This document shows positions 1-9,302 of a DNA stretch of 64,000 nucleotides, piece after piece. The translations under genes were made by a program, and so were the position numbers. Every line of letters starts with the position of its first letter. Within the stretch, counting starts at the first letter, position 1. Below the pieces are notes generated by a model. That model had not been told where the DNA came from and did no database searches. It worked only from the letters and a program-made list of their open reading frames with translations. Source of the DNA: Anaerolineales bacterium (GTDB lineage Bacteria; Chloroflexota; Anaerolineae; Anaerolineales; E44-bin32); assembly GCA_034430615.1 (NCBI GenBank), contig DAOUEJ010000102.1, forward strand, positions 3,570 through 67,569. Reading direction: 5' to 3'.

Positions 1-369
1 CACCGCCACGCTCAAATAACTAAATAGGACCACACCCAGGAAGGGAAGGATCTGGCTGAAGGGTGAGGGCAGGAAAGAGAGGGGAAAGGCAACCAGTGCT
101 GCCACGATTAAACCCACGATGAGACCGATCGCCCCGGCGATGATGCTGCGGGCCGATAGCTGGGCGATTTGTGATCGAATGGCCCGTGTGGGTCGGGTGG
201 TAATAAATGGTGTCACCACCAGCCCCATCAATGCACCGACCAGCCCAAATACGCTCGCCCAGAGGACCGGCTGCTCGCCAGCGGACTTCCCCAGCAAGGT
301 GCCAAGGTAGACACCTCCGACTGCAAATGCGACCATGCCGATCAGGCGGAATACAAAATCAATGCTCAT
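1..369 (-). CDS. PIN/TRAM-type (YacL-like) membrane protein, N-terminal part; 3' end outside window
   Basis: Minus-strand frame is open from ATG (complement of 367-369) to the window edge, so it is absent from the ORF track. My translation is MSIDFVFRLIGMVAFAVGGVYLGTLLGKSAGEQPVLWASVFGLVGALMGLVVTPFITTRP..., which gives several hydrophobic helices like the N-terminus of YacL-type proteins. Family call is from memory only. Confidence 0.45.
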   Translation of the reverse strand, partial: MSIDFVFRLIGMVAFAVGGVYLGTLLGKSAGEQPVLWASVFGLVGALMGLVVTPFITTRPTRAIRSQIAQLSARSIIAGAIGLIVGLIVAALVAFPLSFLPSPFSQILPFLGVVLFSYLSVAV

Positions 370-386
370 AGCCCTGCCTTTTAATA

Positions 387-421
387 ACACTGTGGACGCC
401 CGGTTTCGGCGTCCACAGTGT
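387..421. promoter_or_regulatory. 14-bp perfect inverted repeat (hairpin or operator candidate) in the divergent intergenic region
   Basis: ACACTGTGGACGCC-cggtttc-GGCGTCCACAGTGT. It lies about 20 nt upstream of the minus-strand ATG at 369. No U-tract on either strand, so it is not a canonical terminator. Confidence 0.35.
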
Positions 422-656
422 GGAAAACCCCCATCCCCTTGGTTCGTTGACCGATGGCCCTCAAATGCCGAACGATCGTCGTGTATCGGATATAGAAGCC
501 TGGTAAACGAATTGTGCGGATGATGCCGGGCGAAGAAGGCGCAAATAAAGGATAAACGAACCTTCTCGCAAGTTCATGATAACACGCCGCCCGAGGGCAT
601 GTCAACGCGTGAGGTACTTCGTGTGGTGTACAATCGCCCTTCTGCGGAGACTTGCT

Positions 657-1427
657 ATGCACATTCTTATCACGAACGACGACGGTGTCCAGGCCCCGGG
701 CTTACTAGCCCTGGCCCAGGCCTTTCAAGGTCTGGGCAGGGTGACGGTACTTGCGCCCGATCGAAATTGGTCCGCCTCTGGTCATGTGAAAACAATGCAT
801 CGGCCGCTCCGTGTTAGGGAGACACAACTCGCCGATGGCACTCCAGCGCTGGCCACTGATGGTTCGCCTTCCGACTGTGTCGCTCTCGCTGTCCTGGGGT
901 TGGTCAAAGAGCCGCTCGACTTCGTCGTCTCCGGGATCAATCCACGGGCGAATGTCGGGAATGATCTGACCTACAGCGGCACTGTCACGGCGGCGATGGA
1001 GGCGGGGATTTCCGGATTACCCGGTTTCGCTTGCTCGGTTGACCCTCAGGATGACCGCCGTGGCCCTATCGACTACCAACCCGCTGCCAACATCTTTCGA
1101 TCGATCATCACTCAGGCCATGGCTAAGCCACGGCCCGAGGCGCTCATCCTCAATATCAATGTCCCCCTTACCCCGGTCGAGCAAATTAAAGGAGTCGCCA
1201 TCACCCGGCAGGGAATCCGGGTGTATCGTGATGCGCTGGTGCAGAGAGACGATCCGCGGGGTGAGAAGTACTACTGGATAGGGGGTGAAACCCCGACTGG
1301 GTTTCCGGATTCCGGAACTGATTTCTGGGCACTGGCCAACGGGTATGTCTCCGTAACACCACTTTCACTCGACCTGACCGCCTCCCAGCTGCTGCCCACA
1401 CTTGAGGCCTGGGATCTGACCCTTTAA
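657..1427 (+). CDS. surE: 5'/3'-nucleotidase SurE
   Basis: ORF 576..1427. The conserved SurE N-terminus MHILITNDDGVQAPGL begins at ATG 657. GINPRANVGNDLTYSGTV motif is present. Confidence 0.9.
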   Translation: MHILITNDDGVQAPGLLALAQAFQGLGRVTVLAPDRNWSASGHVKTMHRPLRVRETQLADGTPALATDGSPSDCVALAVLGLVKEPLDFVVSGINPRANVGNDLTYSGTVTAAMEAGISGLPGFACSVDPQDDRRGPIDYQPAANIFRSIITQAMAKPRPEALILNINVPLTPVEQIKGVAITRQGIRVYRDALVQRDDPRGEKYYWIGGETPTGFPDSGTDFWALANGYVSVTPLSLDLTASQLLPTLEAWDLTL

Positions 1428-1428
1428 C

Positions 1429-1461
1429 CACACGAGGGAGGCTATCCGCCTCCCTCGTGTG
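1429..1461. terminator. Bidirectional hairpin between convergent surE and fdhA
   Basis: CACACGAGGGAGGC-tatcc-GCCTCCCTCGTGTG, a 14-bp perfect stem between two convergent stop codons. Confidence 0.65.
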
Positions 1462-1483
1462 AGAGCGATTTCATAGAACAAGC

Positions 1484-3559
1484 TCAGCCCTGGACTGCCT
1501 CCGGCAGTGGTTCAATCCGTACGGCAGAGACTTTGTACTCAGGGATCTTCGCCACCGGGTCGATATTCTTCGACGTCAGCAAGTTAGCGGCTGCCTCGGC
1601 GAAGTGGAAGGTCATGAACACCGTTCCCGGTGGTGAGCGGCGTGTGACGACCGCTTGTGCCTGGACAGCCCCACGGCGGGATTCGACCCTGACCATCCCA
1701 CCCGGTTCAATAGAATATTTCTCTGCATCATCGGGATGGATTTCCACTTCCGCTACTGGCGCCAGGCTGTCGAGTTCCGGTGACCGTCTCGACATTGTGC
1801 CCCCGTGCCAGTGGAAGAGCACTCGACCCGTGGAAAGGATCAGGGGGTACTCCGCGTCTGGTAATTCGGCGGCCTCCTTAAATTCGACCGCACTGAATAA
1901 ACCAAGGCCACGGGTGAACTTGCCAACATGCAGAATTGGGGTTCCCGGATGATCTGGGGTCGGACAAGGCCACTGCAAGCCTCCACCCTCCAGTCTTGCA
2001 TGCGAGATTCCGGCATACTGCGGGGTCAGAGCAGCCATTTCATCAAAGATCTGGGACGAATCTTCATACTCCCAACCTGTGCCCATCTCATTCGCCAGCC
2101 TGGTGAGAATCTCCCAGTCCGTGAGTGCGCTTCCCATGGGTTCGATCGCCTTTCGTACCAGGTGAACCCTGCGCTCTGTGTTGGTAAAGGTTCCTGTTTT
2201 TTCCGCAAAACTGACCGCTGGAAGCACTACATCAGCGAGCTGAGCTGTCTCGTTCAGGAAAATATCCTGCACGGCGAGGAACTCGACCGCACGCAGCGCT
2301 TCTTCGACATGTGACTGATCCGGATCGGAGAGGATCGGGTTCTCGCCCATGACATAGATCGCTTTAACCTCTCCTGCCAGGGCGGCATCCACGATCTCGG
2401 TCACGGTCAATCCGGGCGTCAGGCTCAGCATGTCCTCCCTGACTCCCCAACCGTCGGCGAATTTCGCCCGCATTCCTGGGTCTGCCACAGCCTGATACCC
2501 TGGGTAGACATTCACCAGGCCACCCATGTCGCATGCGCCCTGGACATTGTTCTGCCCACGGAGAGGGTTTAATCCCGTACCGGGCCGACCTACCTGCCCG
2601 CAAAGCAGGGCCAGGTTGGCCAGCGATTTCACGTTATCCGTTCCGGTCGTATGCTGGGTAATCCCCATTGCCCAGAAGATGGCCGAGGCCGACGAACCGG
2701 CGTAGAGCCTGGCGGCTTGGATGATGTCATCGGCAGGCACGCCAGTGATTCCAGCCGCGCGCTGCGGCGTCCAAGCCTTAACCGATTCGCGGTAGATCTC
2801 GAGGCCTTCCGTGCGTGCTGCAATAAAATCTCGATCGTGCAGATCCTCTTCGAGGATCACATGTCCGATGGCGTTTACCAGAGCGACGTCCGTTCCCGGG
2901 CGCTGACGCAAGTGCAGGTAGGCAAAATTGGCCAGTTCGATCCGGCGCGGGTCAACCAGGATCAAGCGTGCGCCATGTTCACGGACCGCTTTCTTCATCT
3001 GCAAACTGAGTACTGGGTGGGATTCGGTCGTGTTGCTGCCAATTACGAACAGCACTTGGGCGGCCGGGATATCGTCGATCGAGTTGGTCATTGCTCCTGA
3101 GCCGAGAGTTGTGGCCAGACCGGCCACGCTGCTCGAGTGTCAAAGACGAGCGCAGTGATCAATGTTATTCGTACCCACCACGGCGCGCGCCAGCTTCTGC
3201 ATCAGGTAATTTTCTTCGTTTGTGCACTTGGCAGATGTCAGGAAGGCGATGCTGTCTGGCCCGTACTTGGTGCGCAAGTCCATTAGACGACCTGCCACGA
3301 GTGTCAGCGCTGAGGCCCAGGATGCCTCAGCAAAAGAGGTGGAGCGGGCATCTCGCATCAGCGGCGTGGTCAGGCGGTCAGGAGCGTAGATAAAGTCATA
3401 GCCGAAGCGGCCTTTAACGCACAGGTTGCCGAAATTGACCCGATTATCGAAGCGACCCTCCACGCGGAAGATCTGGTCACCACTCAGATGCAGATCCATC
3501 TGGCAGCCAACGCCACAGTAGGGACAGGTTGTTGCAACAATTCGTTCGTCGCGCAGCAT
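1484..3559 (-). CDS. fdhA: Formate dehydrogenase catalytic molybdopterin subunit, selenocysteine-containing (UGA 3140-3142 decoded as Sec)
   Basis: ORFs 3140..3781 and 1484..3127 are in the same frame and separated by a single TGA. The read-through sequence is ...[30 protein letters not shown], matching the FdhF-type CARxUH active site. An N-terminal 4Fe-4S motif CPYCGVGC follows ATG 3557-3559. Confidence 0.88.
3111..3142 (-). other. UGA(Sec) codon plus bacterial SECIS stem-loop
   Basis: On the coding strand: UGA CACUCGAGCAGC GUGGCC-GGUCU-GGCCAC. The 6-bp stem starts 12 nt after the UGA. Its GGUCU apical loop is the same loop sequence and similar spacing as I recall for the E. coli fdhF SECIS. 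Confidence 0.7.
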
Positions 3560-3560
3560 T

Positions 3561-4289
3561 TTACGCTCCTCGATCGAGATGCGGCCCTTTGCGTGATTGC
3601 TTGCCTTTCCCGCGCAGGCGGGTTTCCTTGAAAATATCGTCGGGGGAGATGCCTTGCTCGAACAGGAATTCCCGCTTGCCCTTGAGCGCCCCGGTCGGGC
3701 ATACCCCAACACATTGACCACAGAAGACACAGGTCGTTTCGGGCATCGGTTTCTCAAAGAAGGTGCTGATCTGGGTTCCAAAACCCCGCCCGCTGAAATT
3801 TATCGCATAGGTGTACTGGGCGTCCTCGGCGCAGACCTGGACGCAGCGCCAGCAGAGGACACACTTTGCATAGTCCCGAATATAGGCTGGGTTGTCGTCG
3901 ATCAGTGCGGGTTGGCGTTTACGGGCACCGTTAAACCGTTCCGGCCGGGCCTGATACTCTTCCAGCATGTTGAGCACTTCCGGTGAATCGGAGAGATCGA
4001 CGCTGGCCGCCAGCATCTCAAGGATCGTGCGCCTGGCCCTCTCGACTTGTGCAGAGCGGGTGTGAACGACCGACTCCGGGCGAGCCTCGGTCACACAGGA
4101 GGCCTGCAAGCCACGAGTGCCCTCGACCTCCACGACACATAACCGGCAGAGACCGTTGGCCGTGGTATGCGCAAAATAGCACAGGACGGGGATATCGATG
4201 CCGGCTTGCTGCGCGGCCTCAAGGATCGTCTTTCCACGCTCAACCTCTACGGTTTGACCATCGATGGTGAGTTTGACTTTGTCAGTCAC
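3561..4289 (-). CDS. Formate dehydrogenase Fe-S subunit (2Fe-2S ferredoxin-like plus 4Fe-4S domains, NuoG N-terminal-like)
   Basis: 242 aa, GTG start with GGAGGG upstream. Cys clusters [26 protein letters not shown] and [12 protein letters not shown]. Stop TAA overlaps the SD/ATG of the catalytic subunit (GGAGCGTAAAATG). Confidence 0.8.
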   Translation of the reverse strand: MTDKVKLTIDGQTVEVERGKTILEAAQQAGIDIPVLCYFAHTTANGLCRLCVVEVEGTRGLQASCVTEARPESVVHTRSAQVERARRTILEMLAASVDLSDSPEVLNMLEEYQARPERFNGARKRQPALIDDNPAYIRDYAKCVLCWRCVQVCAEDAQYTYAINFSGRGFGTQISTFFEKPMPETTCVFCGQCVGVCPTGALKGKREFLFEQGISPDDIFKETRLRGKGKQSRKGPHLDRGA

Positions 4290-4319
4290 GTTTTACACAC
4301 CCTCCTGAACAGATCCATT

Positions 4320-5153
4320 TCAGCCGAAAACGCTTGCCGAGAAATCCTCAACCCGCGTTTGGGATCCACTCTGCAACCTCTCCGGATGTGAGTAGACACG
4401 CATGCTCGCCCTGCGCACATAGCCAACCAGGGTGATGTTCAAATCCCGGGCCATCGCAACCGAGAGCGAAGTCGGTGAATTGCGCGAGGCGATGAGCGGG
4501 CAGCCCATGCGGGCGGCCTTCTTTAGCATCTCTGATGAAAGCCTTCCTGTAGTGAGAAGGATGCGTCCCCGGGTATCAATAGCCTGCATCAGGCAAAGGC
4601 CGAGAACCTTATCAATGGTATTATGCCGGCCAACATCCTCGGCCAGTGCAAGCAGTCTTTTCCCATCTGAAAGGCCCGCGCTGTGGACACCCCGGGAGCG
4701 GGCATACAGGCTGTCCGGGCTCTGCAGTAGTGAAAATTGTTCGACCAGCGTCTGTGGATCCAGGCTGAAGCCACCGGCCAGCATTTCTAGTCCCGATTGC
4801 GGATCATCGAAGGTAACCCCACCTCCACAGCCAGAGGTGATAATCCTGCGTTCGGGCATCGAAACGTGCTTGACCGTCCAGACATCAACGCAGCACGACT
4901 GTGCGCTCACATGGGTATGGTCTACATCCGCAAGACTGCCGATCAATCCTTCGGTAGCCATGAAACCCAGGGCCAGTGCTTCAAGCTGGTGCGGTGTGCC
5001 CATAATCGTAGCCAACTCGAGGCCATTGAGGTAGATCGTGATCAAGGCCTCCTCGATCAACTCACCGGAGACCTGGCGCGCCTCCACCCCCAGTTCCAAC
5101 CACTGAGCTTCAACTACGCCCGGATGTCCGCGAAACTCGTCTGAAGAGTCCAA
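4320..5153 (-). CDS. fdhD: Formate dehydrogenase accessory sulfurtransferase FdhD
   Basis: 277 aa with SGCGGGVTFDD and EDVGRHNTIDKVLG motifs typical of FdhD. TTG start lies 1 nt after the upstream stop. Confidence 0.85.
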   Translation of the reverse strand: MDSSDEFRGHPGVVEAQWLELGVEARQVSGELIEEALITIYLNGLELATIMGTPHQLEALALGFMATEGLIGSLADVDHTHVSAQSCCVDVWTVKHVSMPERRIITSGCGGGVTFDDPQSGLEMLAGGFSLDPQTLVEQFSLLQSPDSLYARSRGVHSAGLSDGKRLLALAEDVGRHNTIDKVLGLCLMQAIDTRGRILLTTGRLSSEMLKKAARMGCPLIASRNSPTSLSVAMARDLNITLVGYVRRASMRVYSHPERLQSGSQTRVEDFSASVFG

Positions 5154-5154
5154 A

Positions 5155-6921
5155 TCAAGCCCCCAGCTCAGGCCAGCGCTCGAGCGCAGAGAGGATCGCG
5201 GTGGCGGCGGTCATCCCCAACCCGCACAGGGAGGCGTTGGTCATCGCATGGCCGATGTCCTGCAGCGCTGCCAGGTCACCCTTATGCAGACCGCCGTTTG
5301 CAAGCCGGCCGATGATCTCCACCTGGCGCTGAGTCCCCAATTGACAGGGGAAGCACTTCCCACATGATTCGTGGGAAAAGAAATGTGCCAGGCTGAGCAG
5401 GAAGTGCTTCAGGTCCCTTTCCTTGTTGATGAGGGTGACAACACCCGATCCAAGCGGCAAGTTCGCCGCGCGCATATCCTCAAAACTCAGGCGCAGGTCG
5501 AGGTCATCTGGACCAGCAAATGCTCCTGCCGCACCTCCGAGCAGGATGGCCTGCAGTTCACCGACCTCCCCCCCTGCCATGCCGATCAAATCACCCAATC
5601 GCGTCCCGAAGGGCACTTCATAGACACCCGGTGTTCGGACATCCCCGGAAAGACAGAAGAGTTTCGATCCCGGAGAGCCCTCCGTTCCTATGCTGCGGTA
5701 GGCCGCGTGGCCATGATGAATGATCCAGGCAGCGGTACAGAGTGTCTCGACATTGTTGATCACGGTCGGTTGCCCGAAAAGCCCATGGGTCGTCGGAAAG
5801 GGTGGCTTAAGGCGTGGAAAGCCACGCTTGCCTTCGATCGACTCAAACAGCGCTGTCTCCTCACCACAAATGTACGCACCTGCACCACAACGCAGCACGA
5901 TGTCGAAGTCGAAACCTGAAGCAAGGATATTTTCACCCAGGAATCCAGCCTGGCACGCTGTATCGATTGCCTGCTGGAGAATGCGCTGCGCTCGCGGGTA
6001 TTCCCCGCGCACGTAGAGATAGCCGGTTTTCGCCCCGATGGCATAGGCTGCGATAGCCATGCCTTCCAGGATGGAAAATGGATCACCTTCCATCAGGACC
6101 CGGTCCTTGAAGGTTCCCGGTTCGGATTCGTCCGCATTGCACACCACGTAGCGCTCATCACCGGACGCGGCCGCCGTATACTCCCATTTCACACCGGTTG
6201 GGAAGGCTGCTCCCCCGCGCCCCACCAGCCCAGAAGCCTTGATCGTCTCGATCACGTCACCGGGCTCCAATTCCTTGAGCGCCTTCGTGAGCGCTTGGAA
6301 GCCCTCCATTGACTGGAATGCGTCGATGTCGGTGGGAGCGATCTGGCCGCAGCGGTCGGTCAGCCAGCGCGGTTCACCCGCGACCACACCCAGCCCGACC
6401 GCTTCCGGCGCGCTGGTCCACCCGCTAACATCTCCAGCTTTCACCGGCCCAACCGGTGTCTCCCCCACCAGCACGGCTGGCGCATGATCGCATAGGCCGA
6501 GGCACGGTACGGATTCAAGCATGACCTCCCCGTCGTCGCGAGTTTGCCCCGCTTCGATTCCCAGGTGGCTGGCAGCTGAATCAAGCACGGCCTCTCCACC
6601 CTTCATGGCGCACATTGGACTGGTGCAGACACGGATAATCTGCTTCCCGGTCGGTTGGGGATAAAACATGGTGTAAAACTCGATCACGCCGTAGATTTCT
6701 GCCAGTGGTATCCGCAGCGTCTTTCCGATGGCAGTGACAGCCTCTTCGGGAAGATACCCAAGTTGAGACTGGGTTTTCAAAAGCAGCGGCAGGAGTGCGG
6801 CACGACCCTGGCCAGCGTACTTTTCCAGGAGTGGTTCGAGCGAGGGTACATCATGAATTATGGTATCAGCTTCCATGGGTTCTCCTGGAATTACTTTAGC
6901 CTCGACCGGCATAGAGGACAA
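5155..6921 (-). CDS. NAD(H)-binding diaphorase subunit, NuoE-like plus NuoF-like fusion (FDH beta-type)
   Basis: 588 aa. N-terminal NuoE-type 2Fe-2S domain (CTSPMCAMKG...CLGLCDHAP). It is followed by NuoF motifs GRGGAAFPTG, CNADESEPGTFKDR, GAGAYICGEETAL and ESCGKCFPC. Confidence 0.88.
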   Translation of the reverse strand: MSSMPVEAKVIPGEPMEADTIIHDVPSLEPLLEKYAGQGRAALLPLLLKTQSQLGYLPEEAVTAIGKTLRIPLAEIYGVIEFYTMFYPQPTGKQIIRVCTSPMCAMKGGEAVLDSAASHLGIEAGQTRDDGEVMLESVPCLGLCDHAPAVLVGETPVGPVKAGDVSGWTSAPEAVGLGVVAGEPRWLTDRCGQIAPTDIDAFQSMEGFQALTKALKELEPGDVIETIKASGLVGRGGAAFPTGVKWEYTAAASGDERYVVCNADESEPGTFKDRVLMEGDPFSILEGMAIAAYAIGAKTGYLYVRGEYPRAQRILQQAIDTACQAGFLGENILASGFDFDIVLRCGAGAYICGEETALFESIEGKRGFPRLKPPFPTTHGLFGQPTVINNVETLCTAAWIIHHGHAAYRSIGTEGSPGSKLFCLSGDVRTPGVYEVPFGTRLGDLIGMAGGEVGELQAILLGGAAGAFAGPDDLDLRLSFEDMRAANLPLGSGVVTLINKERDLKHFLLSLAHFFSHESCGKCFPCQLGTQRQVEIIGRLANGGLHKGDLAALQDIGHAMTNASLCGLGMTAATAILSALERWPELGA

Positions 6922-7025
6922 GAGTCAATCGTCATCAGGCGTATACCCGACTCTCCCGGGCCTACCAGCTAAATTATAACCCTGAGCCAGTTGCTCACGC
7001 TTCTCGCCTCGAATACAATGCTGCT

Positions 7026-9059
7026 ATGGCCCTTCAAACAAACGATATACTTCGAGATCGCTATCGCATCGTGGGCCGCCTTGGCAAAGGCGGCATGGGT
7101 GCAGTCTACCTGGCCCAAGATATGACCCTCGATATCCAGGTGGCGGTCAAAGAGAATCTGAACACCAACCCCGAATCAGAGCGGCAGTTCAAGCGTGAGG
7201 CCAAGCTTCTAGCCGAAATGCGCCACCCGAATCTGCCGCGCGTGACGGATCACTGGATCCTCGATGAACGCCAGTACCTGGTGATGGATTACATAGCCGG
7301 TGTCGATCTTCACACCCGCGCCATCGAGCGCCCACCTAGCGTTGAAGAAGTCGTGTCATGGGGCATTGCAGCCTGCGATGCACTACACTACCTGCATAAC
7401 TTGGCTCTACCAATCATTCATCGTGATATCAAACCTGCCAACATTAAAGTCCAACCTGACGGGCGGATTGTTCTGGTCGATTTTGGCATTGCAAAGGTCT
7501 CCGATTCGGGTCAGACGACCACCGGTGCACGCGGCCTCACACCGGGCTTCTCACCCCCCGAACAGTATGGTGACCAGCGGACGGACACCCGCAGCGACCA
7601 GTATTCGCTGGCGGCGACACTCTACTCCCTCATCACGGGACAACGCCCGGCTGAAAGCATCCAGCGCATTTTCGGTAAGGAAGAACTGCTCCTGGCGAGT
7701 CAGCTTAATCCGGCAGTTCCAGAGTACCTGGATGCTGCGCTGGAACGGGCTCTCGCACTGGATAAGGACGCCCGCTTCGCTACCATAGCTGATTTCAAGC
7801 GCGCGCTTCAGGGCGAAGTAGCACCTCAGGGCGACCTGACACTACCTGGCAACCTGGCGGGGGAGACGATCCGTGTTCCACTCCCCGAGAGCCTGCCAAC
7901 GCCTCCCACCCGCAGCCGGCGAGGTTTATGGATCGGTGCCGGCGCGGTAGGCGTTCTCCTGGCAGCTACCGGCCTCACTTTCGGTCTCACGGGCGGGCTT
8001 CCATTAGGTCGTTCGACCCCGATCAGCCCTTCCCAGCCCACCGAGCCAATCGGCCTGGTCGCCCTCAACGAAACCCCATCAACTACAGCTATGCCGAGCC
8101 AGACGGAAACCAGCGCCCCGACTTTCACCGCCAGCCCCAGCAACACGCCAACCCCTACGCCAGTGCAAATGGGTGGCGGCGCGCGTATCGCGTTCGTCAG
8201 TGACCGCGATGACGGAATCACACTTCAGGTCTGGACGATAAACCCAGATGGTAGCGGCGCGCGCCAGGTAACCTTCGGCCCGGGAGATAAAGCGCAGCCG
8301 CGCTGGTCACCTGATGGGCAGCGACTGCTTTACGTCGCGCCGGGCGGCACCGACCTCTATGGCAATGACCTCGGCCGTGACATATACCTGATCAATCTGG
8401 ATGGATCGATCGACCCGGTTAATTTAACCCAGAGCCTTGGCGACGATACCGATCCAGCCTGGTCACCTGACGGCACACAGTTGGCGTTTACTGGAACGCG
8501 CGTCAACGGACAACGGCAGGTGTTCCTGATGGACCTGACCTGTGAACCTCTCCCGGCGGGATGCACTCCGGCGGGATCTGCCCACAATCTAACCGCCGGA
8601 TACGCGGTGGAATACTTCCCTGCGTGGGCACCGGACGGCCAGCGACTGGCGGTCGCAGCCTCGATCAACGGTGCCCCGGGACGGATCCTCCTGCACCCGG
8701 CTGACGGGGAAGCCCCAGTATATTTTGACGTCCAGGATCGCATCATTGGTGCGGAGCAAATTACCTGGTCATCGAACAGCGAATACCTCGCTTTCAGCTG
8801 GATCATAAAACGGGGAAAGCAGGAGATCTACATCGCTTCGCTTGCCAATCCGGGTCTGGATCCGATCTCGCTCACCAACAGCCTGGGTAATAAGGAACCC
8901 GACTTCTCGCCGGACTCCCAGTGGATCGTCTTCACTTCAACCCGGGACCAAAATCCAGAAATCTACGTCATGACAAATAACGGAAGCGGCCAGGCCAACA
9001 TCACCAACCATCCCGGCCGCGATTTTCAACCGGATTGGCAGCCGCTCCAGAGCCCCTGA
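7026..9059 (+). CDS. Ser/Thr protein kinase with TM segment and C-terminal TolB-like (PD40) beta-propeller
   Basis: GKGGMGAVY, VAVKE, HRDIKPANI and DFG kinase motifs. A Pro/Thr-rich linker follows. Repeated xxPxWSPDGxxLAF PD40-type repeats. Confidence 0.9.
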   Translation: MALQTNDILRDRYRIVGRLGKGGMGAVYLAQDMTLDIQVAVKENLNTNPESERQFKREAKLLAEMRHPNLPRVTDHWILDERQYLVMDYIAGVDLHTRAIERPPSVEEVVSWGIAACDALHYLHNLALPIIHRDIKPANIKVQPDGRIVLVDFGIAKVSDSGQTTTGARGLTPGFSPPEQYGDQRTDTRSDQYSLAATLYSLITGQRPAESIQRIFGKEELLLASQLNPAVPEYLDAALERALALDKDARFATIADFKRALQGEVAPQGDLTLPGNLAGETIRVPLPESLPTPPTRSRRGLWIGAGAVGVLLAATGLTFGLTGGLPLGRSTPISPSQPTEPIGLVALNETPSTTAMPSQTETSAPTFTASPSNTPTPTPVQMGGGARIAFVSDRDDGITLQVWTINPDGSGARQVTFGPGDKAQPRWSPDGQRLLYVAPGGTDLYGNDLGRDIYLINLDGSIDPVNLTQSLGDDTDPAWSPDGTQLAFTGTRVNGQRQVFLMDLTCEPLPAGCTPAGSAHNLTAGYAVEYFPAWAPDGQRLAVAASINGAPGRILLHPADGEAPVYFDVQDRIIGAEQITWSSNSEYLAFSWIIKRGKQEIYIASLANPGLDPISLTNSLGNKEPDFSPDSQWIVFTSTRDQNPEIYVMTNNGSGQANITNHPGRDFQPDWQPLQSP

Positions 9060-9302
9060 CCAGAAACTACTGGGACTCCTATCCAGGAACCCGGCGTAAA
9101 GGGCCATCAGGAGTGCGGCCCAAGCCTCCCCAGGTGAGGCCCACTCAGGTCTGTGATATCTGCTGAATATTCGCGTGCTGAGTGCTGTTGCTCCCCGGAT
9201 TTATGTTCATTGCAGGTGTCACAATTACGAGGGATACGGCGTTATAGGATTGACTTCAAAAGATAACTGGATTCACACAAATCATCATTGAGGAGATTAA
9301 CC

